DNA from: a virus | Taxonomy: Duplodnaviria; Caudoviricetes | Reading direction: 5' to 3' (one strand) | Length of the DNA: 33,139 nucleotides | Virus record (IMG/VR): IMGVR_UViG_3300021960_000289 | Coordinates: 1-33,139 of that record | Part shown: positions 15,797 to 25,373 of the stretch, one piece after another | Numbering within the stretch: position 1 is the first letter of the stretch | How the letters are laid out: each line of letters begins with the position of its first letter | Notes under the pieces: model-generated | What the model saw: the letters and a program-made list of their open reading frames with translations, nothing else | Databases searched by the model: none | What the model was told of the DNA's origin: nothing | Translations under genes and position numbers: made by a program

Positions 15797-16236
15797 TGCC
15801 CATCTCCTTTCGCTCCGTTATTCTTATGAAACATTTCCATCTGGCTGTCCTTGAGCTTCTCCATCTGTGCTTCAAGGTTAGCGATGCGTTTCTCGTAAAA
15901 GTCCAATGTTAGCTTTTGCTGTTGATCGAATGGAGCTTGTCCGCTTTCTATCTCTTTCGTGAGTTTCTCTAACTCACCCGTGAGATGCTCTATAAGCATA
16001 AACTGTTCGCTGTCGGCAGGTAAATTACCCATCTCGCCACGCGGCCATTTGATCCTGAACTCCGTATTCATGTTCAGATCGTTTTGCATCAAATGCTGAT
16101 TGGTCTCGATCTTGTTGAGACGCTCGATCACTTGAAAATAGGCGTAAGTCGAAATAGCAGCAGCCGCAATCAACGAAATCAAATTGCGGATTGGCAATGC
16201 TACTTGGGTGGTATCATTTATTTTTGCCGCTGCCAT
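15793..16236 (-). CDS. Membrane-anchored coiled-coil protein (possible spanin-like)
   Basis: N-terminal TM (LISLIAAAAISTYAYF) followed by coiled coils, within the lysis cluster. Confidence 0.7.
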   Translation of the reverse strand: MAAAKINDTTQVALPIRNLISLIAAAAISTYAYFQVIERLNKIETNQHLMQNDLNMNTEFRIKWPRGEMGNLPADSEQFMLIEHLTGELEKLTKEIESGQAPFDQQQKLTLDFYEKRIANLEAQMEKLKDSQMEMFHKNNGAKGDGH

Positions 16237-16384
16237 TGCGGATCTCTTGTAATGTCTGGTAGCACCTCAAACCAAACCATAACGCCGATAGGCCCGCTGA
16301 TAGGGCAGGTAGCCACTCCATTAAAGCTGCTGCTGTAATGCCTAAACTTCCCCAATCAAATAAGCGGATATCGTCTTGGTTCAT
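16214..16384 (-). CDS. Small membrane protein (holin-like)
   Basis: MNQDDIRLFDWGSLGITAAALMEWLPALSAGLSALWFGLRCYQ; GAGG RBS. Confidence 0.65.
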   Translation of the reverse strand: MNQDDIRLFDWGSLGITAAALMEWLPALSAGLSALWFGLRCYQTLQEIRNGSGKNK

Positions 16385-16478
16385 TAGCTCTTCCTCAAAA
16401 CCAAGATAATTAATAGCACAATTAAGCCGCATGTCACTAGGTCAGGTGTTGACCACATGCTCATGCCCGGTGGCATCG

Positions 16479-16739
16479 TTATGAAGCCTGAGAAGCTAGA
16501 TGTGTAGCATAAGCAGCCTTTACTTCGTCCGTGAACACTTGACCTGCAATCGCTGCTACGTCTGCATCTTCAGCAGTTAAGTCTGCGTCAGGCGTTAGTA
16601 CATGACGATGGAATGTACGGCTTATCTCAGTACCGTCTTCAGCAATTACAGTAGCTGTACGAACCTGAACTACAGGATAACCCGCAGCTAGTTGTAGAAC
16701 TTCAATCTTGTCGTTCTTGGTTTCTTTAGTTAATGCCAT
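16479..16739 (-). CDS. Tail-fibre-associated small protein (assembly/chaperone-like)
   Basis: AAGGAG RBS; DKIEV...VQVRTATVIAEDGTEISRTFHRHVL; directly follows the fibre genes. Confidence 0.7.
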   Translation of the reverse strand: MALTKETKNDKIEVLQLAAGYPVVQVRTATVIAEDGTEISRTFHRHVLTPDADLTAEDADVAAIAGQVFTDEVKAAYATHLASQAS

Positions 16740-16778
16740 TTTTATCTCCTTGGCTGGACTGTCCACGCACTAGGCGCA

Positions 16779-18263
16779 TTAAGTTGATTTAATTAAAAAA
16801 TTACTTGATCCATCAGATATTAAAGTAACTTTGTTGTATTGAGCAGACAGCGCATATGTTGTTGCACCATTGATTGTTTGAGAACTTGCAGGATCAATCG
16901 TAACCGCATTACCAGAACTATCAGACTTGATAAAAAAGAACTCTTGACCGGGTGTCATTGTATTGGCGCTTGGCAAGTTTATTGTTACCGCACCACTACT
17001 AGCGTCAACGATTGCCCCATCGTCAGCATAAGTAATTGTTGAAGTTGATGATATGATTAACAATCTTTGCTCAGACATAAAACGTGTAGTTGGACTATTA
17101 ACTCTAAACACATCTGCATTAACATGATTGGAAACTGCATTATCTTCAATAACTGTATTAGCAGAACCATCCATGTAAATATAATAACGTGCAGTGCTAT
17201 TACCATCCATTTCGTTATATCTAATTTTAGTATTATCGCAGTCTACTAATTGAATACTATCAGAAGCGGCATATGTTCCAGAAAAACCACATGCGTAGAT
17301 TTGATTAAAAGCAATTTCTAGGTTATCTGTATCTTCTGATAATATTCCATAACCATAACATCTATCAATTTTATTGTCATAAACTGTATTTCCAATAGTT
17401 GTTAATGATGCATCATACTCATAAAAAGATAATGCAGCTGCTCCAGAAGCTGCTCCACTTTTTACTATTGTATTTCCTACAATACTCGTGCTTCTTGGAG
17501 ACCCAATTCTAATTCCATGTCCTCTCGTCTCAAAAATATCGTTACCTTCAATTTTTCCATAAATAACCTTAAATATATCAAGTCCTTTAGACGCATAACT
17601 AGTAAGGCTAGGATCGTAAAAAACTTTATTATAAGTAATTTGACATCCATCAAAATAACCAGCTTGTATCGCTGCTACTGTATTATTTTGAAAATAATTT
17701 TGATTAATAATGGCATCTGCTACTCTAGTCTCACCACCTTTAATTCCTGTAGCTGTTCCATAAAAAATACAATTTTCAATTTTAGGCTTAATATCATATT
17801 CTGATGCTGTTGTTGACATTTCAATTCCAATAGCACCAGATGCAAATGCACAATCTTCTATATTTAAATATTCTGTCCAAGATGTTTTTATAAATGATGT
17901 TGTGGTTGCTCCTCCAAAACGCAAGCCTTTAACTTGAACATATTGAACGGTTTGCGAAATAGTGCCAGTAATTATTAAGCAATCAATAGCCGTTGTTCCC
18001 TCAATGGTTGCCCCACGCCTACCTGATGAAAGCGTTATATTGTTTCGATCAATAATTAAAGATGAGGAGATTTTATAACGACCATTTGGAAAATGGACAA
18101 CAGCAGACCCATATATATTTGCTTCCGCATACAATTCGGCTGCATCGATAGCTGCCTGCAAAGCAGCAGTGCTATCAGCTACACCATTCGGGTCAGCCCC
18201 ATAATCAAGAACATTAAAATCTGCTCCATCAATCATACGGTTGTTTACTTTTGTAAGTGACAT
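16779..18263 (-). CDS. Tailspike with pectate-lyase-like right-handed beta-helix
   Basis: NVLDYGADPNGVADSTAALQAAID...VHFPNGRY; parallel beta-helix repeats; C-terminal DASSGAVTINLPSA...QTINGA domain. Confidence 0.85.
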   Translation of the reverse strand: MSLTKVNNRMIDGADFNVLDYGADPNGVADSTAALQAAIDAAELYAEANIYGSAVVHFPNGRYKISSSLIIDRNNITLSSGRRGATIEGTTAIDCLIITGTISQTVQYVQVKGLRFGGATTTSFIKTSWTEYLNIEDCAFASGAIGIEMSTTASEYDIKPKIENCIFYGTATGIKGGETRVADAIINQNYFQNNTVAAIQAGYFDGCQITYNKVFYDPSLTSYASKGLDIFKVIYGKIEGNDIFETRGHGIRIGSPRSTSIVGNTIVKSGAASGAAALSFYEYDASLTTIGNTVYDNKIDRCYGYGILSEDTDNLEIAFNQIYACGFSGTYAASDSIQLVDCDNTKIRYNEMDGNSTARYYIYMDGSANTVIEDNAVSNHVNADVFRVNSPTTRFMSEQRLLIISSTSTITYADDGAIVDASSGAVTINLPSANTMTPGQEFFFIKSDSSGNAVTIDPASSQTINGATTYALSAQYNKVTLISDGSSNFLIKST

Positions 18264-18276
18264 TTAAGTCTCCTAT

Positions 18277-19203
18277 TTATGCGGCATGATAAGTAATGCA
18301 GCAACGCAAATACTCATCGCCACTAGCATCTGTCACAGGCACAGCAACACTTTGATTATTGTTAGCATCAAATTTTCTAAGGCTTACTGTTGTAGTGCTG
18401 GTATTAGAAATTCCAGAAATTATACCAGAGGCCCAATTAGCTGAAAATCCTACATAAAGACATCCACGATCATCATCACTATCAGAAGAAAAAGGCAGAC
18501 CCTCAAGTTGTAAATTACCAGAGCCGCCAGAAAATGATGAAATAATTATTGTAATTTCACAATGAACAAGCCTTCCTATTTTTGTGTATTTGCCAGTTTG
18601 AGTTGTATAAGCAATAGTTGGATCAGATGTTGTGCCACCTAACGAAGGCACAAAGCTCCCCTCTTCATAGTCATCGAAAAGTTCACTTGTGCCAGTGCCA
18701 GAGGTGGCAGAGAAGTCGATGCCTTTGCCTGATGTGCCGATAACAAGGTTGCCATTCTCAACTTCAACATCACCACCAGAAAATACCTTTAGTATCTCTG
18801 TTGAAGCTGCGCCACCTGTGCCAAAACCAACACGCCAATAGTCTGGACTTGCTGAAAACACACCCATCATGTCAAAGACATTTGTTGATGCTTGAAGCTG
18901 CACATAAGGATTATTGCCAGCGCCAGCAGTTTTGACGAGCATCTTAGGATTACCAGCACCTACATCGATTGATACATCGCCACCGAATGTTCCTGTCGTA
19001 GCACTTAGTGCAGCCGTTGAGCTTGCACCAATGATTGTGCCATCAATATTTCCACCATCAATGTTTACACTGGTAGCATCTTGTTGAGCCATTGTTCCAA
19101 AGTCGGAAATAGGCTCACCGTTGACAGTTAGTGTTCCCTCAACTTCAACATCATTGAAAGTTGGATTGCGTCCAAAGATGCCGCCTTGTTGTTTAATTGT
19201 CAT
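18277..19203 (-). CDS. Tail fibre protein
   Basis: IDGGNIDGTIIGAS; GNLVIGTSGKGIDFSAT...FDDYEEGSFVP...GKYTKIGRLVH...GLPF fibre C-terminal signature. Confidence 0.85.
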   Translation of the reverse strand: MTIKQQGGIFGRNPTFNDVEVEGTLTVNGEPISDFGTMAQQDATSVNIDGGNIDGTIIGASSTAALSATTGTFGGDVSIDVGAGNPKMLVKTAGAGNNPYVQLQASTNVFDMMGVFSASPDYWRVGFGTGGAASTEILKVFSGGDVEVENGNLVIGTSGKGIDFSATSGTGTSELFDDYEEGSFVPSLGGTTSDPTIAYTTQTGKYTKIGRLVHCEITIIISSFSGGSGNLQLEGLPFSSDSDDDRGCLYVGFSANWASGIISGISNTSTTTVSLRKFDANNNQSVAVPVTDASGDEYLRCCITYHAA

Positions 19204-21659
19204 CAGTTTGCCTCCAGTTGTGCAATACGAGCTTCAAGCGCATCAATCTTATCAAGTGCTACCTGTAATGCGACAACAGCTTTTTGATGCACAATAGATT
19301 GCTTGATGCCTAGCCGTTCTTCACCAGTGTCTTGATTGGTATATTGTGAAACAAGATTGGGAGATGTTTGCTGTAAGTCTTGAGCAATTTGACCAAGCAT
19401 TACTTGATCGTCACCAATCATGTTATATTTGCAGAACCGCATTGCTCGAATATCATTGACCTGATTTTGCTTTGCTGCTTCATCAAGATAAGAGATGTTT
19501 TCCTTTAGACGAGCATCAGAAATCGTGCCGTATGTGCCTGTAGCATTGTTTACATCACCAGTATTTACAAACTCAACCTTGTTTGCACCACCGTATAGAA
19601 ATTGCAATTCATCATTTGCACTTGAGAATGTGCCTTGCATAATCCAGTTGTTTGTTGATGCAGACAATTTATAACTTGGATTATTACCAGCACCCGAAGT
19701 TACAACCTCAACAACGGGATTACCAGAACTTCCAAATGTTGCATTGCCCGTTGATGAAACAGCACCAGCAACCGCAAAGTCACCAGTAACATCAATGTCA
19801 GTGCCAAGCCTATTGATAATTCCTGTTGACGAATATTCTATTGCTTCGCCTGTGCCTGTATAAGTAAAAGCACCTGACTGAAGTCCAAATACAGTTAAAG
19901 AACTACCAGAGTTTACAACACATTGGCTAACAGTAGTATTGTCATTATATCCACCGCTCCAAACTACATTTGAATTTAGGTCAGTCAGATCAATAACATT
20001 AGTGCCGCCAGTAAGTGCGCTTCGTTGATTAACAAAAGAAATCTTGTATGCACTAACGGCAGAGCCGGGGGTTGTTAATCTTTTTAGTAGTGAGTTTTGA
20101 CCTTCGTTCCAGCAGCTATAACACTCAAGACCATCAATCCCGACAGTGCCAGAGATTCCAAATACAGATGCAGGATTTCCGGGGCCAGAATAAAAACCAG
20201 TGCCAAAGAACTTAGGATGAGCATTATCACCCATCTCAACAAGTACGCCACCATTCTTACCGCCAATAGAACCGCCATAGAAATTAAGTTGTTGTGAATT
20301 GACACGTAAAGACCGATTGCCACCATCAATTATGCAATTATGAAACTCACAGTCAGCTAATCCATAAACACTGCCAACACTAGCACCAGACATATCAACG
20401 CAAGCATCTGTGCCATTGGCTGCAAAGTTTCGCAGTTGGACATTTTCAAAATAGTAATGCTGAGGATGTGCGTTAGTTGCTCCAAAGATCATGCCGATTG
20501 AAGCTATGTTATCACCTTCAAAGCGCATATCTCTAATAACAAGGCTGGAAATATTTACACCACCAGCAAAGTCACCATCTAGCATTGTGCCATTAGCAGC
20601 ACCAGCCCATTTGATAATTGAACCTTTTACTGGATTTGTAGTTTCTTGAGCATTGAACCCATCGCCGTGTAGTTTGCGATAAGTTGTATTAGGAAGATTG
20701 AGGGTTGATATAATCTTGTAAACACCTGATGGAAAATAAACACTTTCAGACGCATCAATCGCAGCCTGTATAGCAGCAGTGTCATCTGTAACACCGTCGC
20801 CTGTAGCTCCGAAGTCTTTAACTGAGACAAACTCTTGTAGCTTGTTCTCTACTGTTCGGGTCTGAGCGCCAGTACCACCTTGGTTGTAGTTGATATTGCC
20901 ACTGTCAGCATCAAGCGTATCAATGGCATTACCGATAACGACTTCGATCTGAGCATTTAATGGTGGAGCCTCAGTGAATGTCAGCGTTGTGCCGGATACG
21001 GAAAAGCTAGATTTAAGCTGATAAACACCGTCGATGTAGACTTGGGCGTTATTCTTTGAGCCGGGAGCTACGGTTAGGGTAAATGCTGTTTGAGCGCCAG
21101 TGCCAGTGAAGACGTTATTTGTAAAGTTAGCACCGACAATAGCAGCGCCAGCAAGAACAGCAGCCGACTCAACAGCGACGTTACCATTGGAATCAAACTT
21201 GAGGATTTTGTCAGCACGATCCGTTTGAGCAGGAAGCTCCATATTGACGCTGACTGGGTCAGTTACTGGAGCGCGAACAGCACGATCCGATAGTTCAAGT
21301 AGCTGTTGGTCAAAGATTGTGAGGGCATCAAGTTGTTCATTAAGGGCAGACGCACGTAATTCACCTGCTGTCACGAAGTCAGTGGTGCGCTCAATGTCAC
21401 GAGCACCAACGATGGTGATGCGGTCATTCAGGGTTGGTGTTGAGGGAACGCTTGAGCCAGTTACAATCGTAACGCTACCAGTACCATTGGCATTGATTGT
21501 TACGGTGTAATCTGTTGCAAGTGTCAGCAACGTAGTGTTGAAATATACGTCTACGTCAGTGTTTACAAGGATTTCAAACGAGAAAGCGTATGGCCCAACG
21601 CCCGCACTACCAGTGTAGACGATGCGTCGTGTTACAGCATTGATATTATAGTCCGCCAT
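19203..21659 (-). CDS. Tail fibre/spike: T7 gp17-like anchor, beta-helix, C-terminal S74 intramolecular chaperone
   Basis: N-terminal YTGSAGVGPYAFSFEIL...LNEQLDAL; VSVKDFGATGDGVTDDTAAIQAAID; SDARLKENI...GQIAQDLQ...LEARIAQLE. Confidence 0.9.
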   Translation of the reverse strand: MADYNINAVTRRIVYTGSAGVGPYAFSFEILVNTDVDVYFNTTLLTLATDYTVTINANGTGSVTIVTGSSVPSTPTLNDRITIVGARDIERTTDFVTAGELRASALNEQLDALTIFDQQLLELSDRAVRAPVTDPVSVNMELPAQTDRADKILKFDSNGNVAVESAAVLAGAAIVGANFTNNVFTGTGAQTAFTLTVAPGSKNNAQVYIDGVYQLKSSFSVSGTTLTFTEAPPLNAQIEVVIGNAIDTLDADSGNINYNQGGTGAQTRTVENKLQEFVSVKDFGATGDGVTDDTAAIQAAIDASESVYFPSGVYKIISTLNLPNTTYRKLHGDGFNAQETTNPVKGSIIKWAGAANGTMLDGDFAGGVNISSLVIRDMRFEGDNIASIGMIFGATNAHPQHYYFENVQLRNFAANGTDACVDMSGASVGSVYGLADCEFHNCIIDGGNRSLRVNSQQLNFYGGSIGGKNGGVLVEMGDNAHPKFFGTGFYSGPGNPASVFGISGTVGIDGLECYSCWNEGQNSLLKRLTTPGSAVSAYKISFVNQRSALTGGTNVIDLTDLNSNVVWSGGYNDNTTVSQCVVNSGSSLTVFGLQSGAFTYTGTGEAIEYSSTGIINRLGTDIDVTGDFAVAGAVSSTGNATFGSSGNPVVEVVTSGAGNNPSYKLSASTNNWIMQGTFSSANDELQFLYGGANKVEFVNTGDVNNATGTYGTISDARLKENISYLDEAAKQNQVNDIRAMRFCKYNMIGDDQVMLGQIAQDLQQTSPNLVSQYTNQDTGEERLGIKQSIVHQKAVVALQVALDKIDALEARIAQLEAN

Positions 21660-21708
21660 TTTAATCCCTCACGTTGACCAGCACTTTAACCTAAATCCAT
21701 TTCATATT

Positions 21709-24207
21709 CTACCTTCGAAAATCAACCGATATTGCGCTTAAATCTGGTGTGCGTTTAGGTGCTGATTCACCCGGACTCCACCAGTAATTCTGCCCTTTTT
21801 CGCGTCTGAGTTTGCGCTCTAATCTTCTGAAATTTCTACCTGCATCTGGATCAGCCATTTTACGAAGATTGTCAAAAATCAATCTTTGCATTGCTAAACG
21901 TGCATAGAATGTAGATACACCGGGCATATATCTTTGTGCAAATTGTACTGCTTCTTTTCCTATATCAGTATCTTCGCCTTCAATGGCTTGCATTACATTT
22001 CCGACTGTTAAATCTAACACGTCTCCAGCAAATCCAATTCTAGGGCCAGCAACTGTTTCAGCAAGACCGCGATCAAATCTATTTCGATTAGAGAATAAGA
22101 AGTCACCGAATATACCCATGCCACCACCAGCAAGAAAGGCGCTACCCCAAAACTCCATATTTGGCTCGCCATCCTCATCAAACATTGCAAGAGGATCGCG
22201 GCCTTGAGAAAACTGTCTCATTTGTATGGAAAATGCAGCAAAGATAGTAGCGGTCGCCATAAACTCTACACCGTATCCAACACGGCCCATAGTTGATGAC
22301 TCAAGATGACGGATTTGTCTAAGATTGTTCGTCATTATCGTAACTGGGAAGTTTTTAAATTGACCGACAGAGCGGACAATTTCACCTACTGCAGTACCGC
22401 GTCTTGCTCCAGAAGTTAAAAGTTCACGCGACTCAAGTGATGCTACAGGAACAGATAAATCGACCTGTTTTTGCAGCATTTCCATATATTTATAACCAAT
22501 CTTTTCGTCGATATCAAAAACATCAACAGGACGCAGGAATGTTGCACCCTTATGTTTGTGAAGTTTTGTACTGCGTATCTTATCCCAATCAGCAGCATCA
22601 ACACCGTATTGACGTAATAATCTTTGGTTCTTGGACGAAAGTTCATCAAATTTCTTTCCAATGTTATCGGCAAAGAAACCCATGTATTCCATACCAACAG
22701 CCCACCGGGATGCTTGTGTCCACGGAGAAAGCAAGGATGCGTTCATAGTAAAATCAGATATGCGGCGGGTTATATTTGGCCCCATAACATCGCCAATATA
22801 TCTTGATTGTCCAAAGGCAACAGCAGACCAACCTTCAGCAATTAAACCAGCCCGAATAAACTCTCGCTTAGTAGCTTTACCCGCCACCATTGTGCCGAGC
22901 ATACGGCCCATCATTTTTGATTGTGGAAGGCCAGCAATACGAGACACGACACGCGCCGTACCCATATCACCAAGTATAGCTAGTAAAGACGTTGAACCAA
23001 GTAAGGCGGAGTTTAGTAAATTACCAAGACCTGCAAATCCATTTGACAACCATTCTCTATCTGAAGCTAATGCTGTACCAGTATAGATGCCGTACATTCC
23101 ATCAAATGTACCCTCATGTTTTTTAAAAGCATTTTCATTTGGTTTTTTTCCACCGCCAATCTTTTTATCAGCCGTTCTAGCAATAGCTTCTGCTTGCGTC
23201 TTTAAATAACGAATAGTTGCATTTGGATTAGGTCCAAGCAATTCAAGCATCGCAATGTCACGAGACATTGAATCAATGTGATCCATCATAATAGTAAAGG
23301 TATCACCACGACCAAATTTCTTTTGGTATTCAAGCCAACTATCAGTATCTTTGAACACGAGGAAACGATGATCCTGTCTACGACGCGCTAATGATTTGTT
23401 CATTAACGTACTATCACGACCAACCTTAGAAAAACCTTCGGTTTTGATTGAGTCATATACTCCTTCAAGAACTTTTCTATGCTCTGCTGGCGAAAACTTT
23501 TTACCAGTAGATTCATCAATCATCTTATTCCAATCAAGATGATCTTTAATATAATTAATCCACTCGTCCTCACCTGCCTTACCTATTTTAACAACATCAT
23601 GGCTTTGAGGCATTCCCCAATCAGCACGTTTTGGAATAGACCCTCCAGCGCGATTAAATGCTTTTCGTAAAAATTCTGATGTCTCTTTCCATGCTTGCGC
23701 TAATTCTTTAGCGACCGCATTTCCGGTATTCTTTTTACCAAAAACCTCTTCTGCCATATCTGCGCCCATTTCACGGGCCGCTCTGCGTTCATTACCAAAT
23801 ATGCCGCGTTTTAGCTCGGCAAGAACATTGTCCATTTTAGCGTGAGCGCGTCCACGAATAGCCTCACGTCTACCTTCAAGGCTCGAATAAGACCATTGCC
23901 CAGAACCATCACGCTCTACTAAACGGACAAGTGCCTCACTCTTGTATTTAAGATTATTGTCTTCCATCTCTTTTAAGCGTTCACGTTGAACAGCGCGGCT
24001 TAAAGCAATACGACGTTTTTTCTCTGCTGCTGCATATTCTGCCGTTTCAAAGGTTTCTTTTCCAGCACGACGAGCAGCTTCAGCCTCAGACATCTCAGTT
24101 TTATATTGAGAATATAAACGATTGTATTGATCCTTTAACTCGGCAGCGCGAGTTTCATCAATAACGTTTTCTTTTTTGGCATTTTCTATACATTCAAGAA
24201 GGCTCAT
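21709..24207 (-). CDS. Internal virion (ejection) protein, large
   Basis: ~832 aa, helical, in the T7 gp16-equivalent position; GGGMGIFGDFL...AGP...YWWSPG pattern; start taken as ATG 24207. Confidence 0.75.
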   Translation of the reverse strand: MSLLECIENAKKENVIDETRAAELKDQYNRLYSQYKTEMSEAEAARRAGKETFETAEYAAAEKKRRIALSRAVQRERLKEMEDNNLKYKSEALVRLVERDGSGQWSYSSLEGRREAIRGRAHAKMDNVLAELKRGIFGNERRAAREMGADMAEEVFGKKNTGNAVAKELAQAWKETSEFLRKAFNRAGGSIPKRADWGMPQSHDVVKIGKAGEDEWINYIKDHLDWNKMIDESTGKKFSPAEHRKVLEGVYDSIKTEGFSKVGRDSTLMNKSLARRRQDHRFLVFKDTDSWLEYQKKFGRGDTFTIMMDHIDSMSRDIAMLELLGPNPNATIRYLKTQAEAIARTADKKIGGGKKPNENAFKKHEGTFDGMYGIYTGTALASDREWLSNGFAGLGNLLNSALLGSTSLLAILGDMGTARVVSRIAGLPQSKMMGRMLGTMVAGKATKREFIRAGLIAEGWSAVAFGQSRYIGDVMGPNITRRISDFTMNASLLSPWTQASRWAVGMEYMGFFADNIGKKFDELSSKNQRLLRQYGVDAADWDKIRSTKLHKHKGATFLRPVDVFDIDEKIGYKYMEMLQKQVDLSVPVASLESRELLTSGARRGTAVGEIVRSVGQFKNFPVTIMTNNLRQIRHLESSTMGRVGYGVEFMATATIFAAFSIQMRQFSQGRDPLAMFDEDGEPNMEFWGSAFLAGGGMGIFGDFLFSNRNRFDRGLAETVAGPRIGFAGDVLDLTVGNVMQAIEGEDTDIGKEAVQFAQRYMPGVSTFYARLAMQRLIFDNLRKMADPDAGRNFRRLERKLRREKGQNYWWSPGESAPKRTPDLSAISVDFRR

Positions 24208-25373
24208 TATACGACGCACCCCCGTAAACGATCTAACATTTGATCGTCTTTAGCTAAATCTTCTTTGATTTCAATTCCTTTTAATTCTTGATAACCAGTG
24301 ATTTCATCACCAAGCTCAATAAACTCATCATCTGCCAAATCGTCTAAGGCTCGTGCATAAGTGTCTGGCGTTAAATCCTCTATATCATCAATCTTGGGTA
24401 ATGGAGAATAACGTGTTGGAACATCTGTTTCACCGGGAAAACGACCAATGCTGATATCCGCAGTCGCATCATCTAAGTTACGAGCATGTTCAAGAGGGTC
24501 TATTGCCTTACCTTCAAAGGTTGTTTCACCAAGAAGTTCTGATTCGTCAATGGATGCATTGATAGCGTCAGCATCACTTTTGCTCATTGCATCATCTTTG
24601 CGTAATGCCTTAACTGCTCCACGAGCTTGGTCATAAGTTAGAGAAATGCCTCTAAAAGCTACAGGAAATCCCGCAGCAAAAATACCAGCGGTTCCAACAT
24701 TTGTTAGAAAATCTTTATAATCATATTTTAGACCAAGCTCCTTATACCATTTTTGAGTGGCCGTTTGGATAGTTGCTTCACGAGCTGCCTCAAGTAAACC
24801 AGCGCCAAGAGCACTTTTCCATAATGGAGCTCTTGCAACTTGAGAAAAACCTCCGGCGCCAGTCATAACAGTAACTTCAATTAAATTCCTATCAGTTAGA
24901 AAGCCACCAGCATTACCTATAAATTCACCGATGGCAGGAAGAACACCATATCGTTTTTCTGATTCAGCTTGAGCCTTAGCAAGCTCATCTTTTGCACGTG
25001 AAACAATTTCTTGATTTATCTTATCAAGAGATAAATTTTGATATTCAGGAAATACATCAGAATTTTCATTTAGATAATCTATTATCTTTTGAGTTTGAAT
25101 ACCTCTCATTTCTTCGGAACCACCCATACTATCGGTTCCGCCATAATAATGAGAAGGATTAATAAAATCCGGACCACCTCGTTCAGCAATAGTGTTCAGA
25201 ACTGGTTGGATGTATTCGTCTAACAAAACAAGATTTGCATCAGAGTTCTTCGCGTAGCGTTGCTCGTAATAACCAGACGAAATTGAGTCAAAGAACCCCG
25301 GTTCCTCTCCACCAGTTTGTACGAGGTCTATTCCTAAAGAAGACGTTTCCCCTTCATTAAAGAAAAACGTCAT
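24207..25373 (-). CDS. Internal virion protein
   Basis: 388 aa between the ejection-protein genes; coupled starts and stops. Confidence 0.7.
   Translation of the reverse strand: MTFFFNEGETSSLGIDLVQTGGEEPGFFDSISSGYYEQRYAKNSDANLVLLDEYIQPVLNTIAERGGPDFINPSHYYGGTDSMGGSEEMRGIQTQKIIDYLNENSDVFPEYQNLSLDKINQEIVSRAKDELAKAQAESEKRYGVLPAIGEFIGNAGGFLTDRNLIEVTVMTGAGGFSQVARAPLWKSALGAGLLEAAREATIQTATQKWYKELGLKYDYKDFLTNVGTAGIFAAGFPVAFRGISLTYDQARGAVKALRKDDAMSKSDADAINASIDESELLGETTFEGKAIDPLEHARNLDDATADISIGRFPGETDVPTRYSPLPKIDDIEDLTPDTYARALDDLADDEFIELGDEITGYQELKGIEIKEDLAKDDQMLDRLRGCVV

Noticed and set aside
16779-21659. Diversity-generating retroelement, as in BPP-1-like phages
   Set aside because: No reverse transcriptase ORF and no near-identical template/variable repeat pair seen; the fibre duplication is old and diverged at all bases
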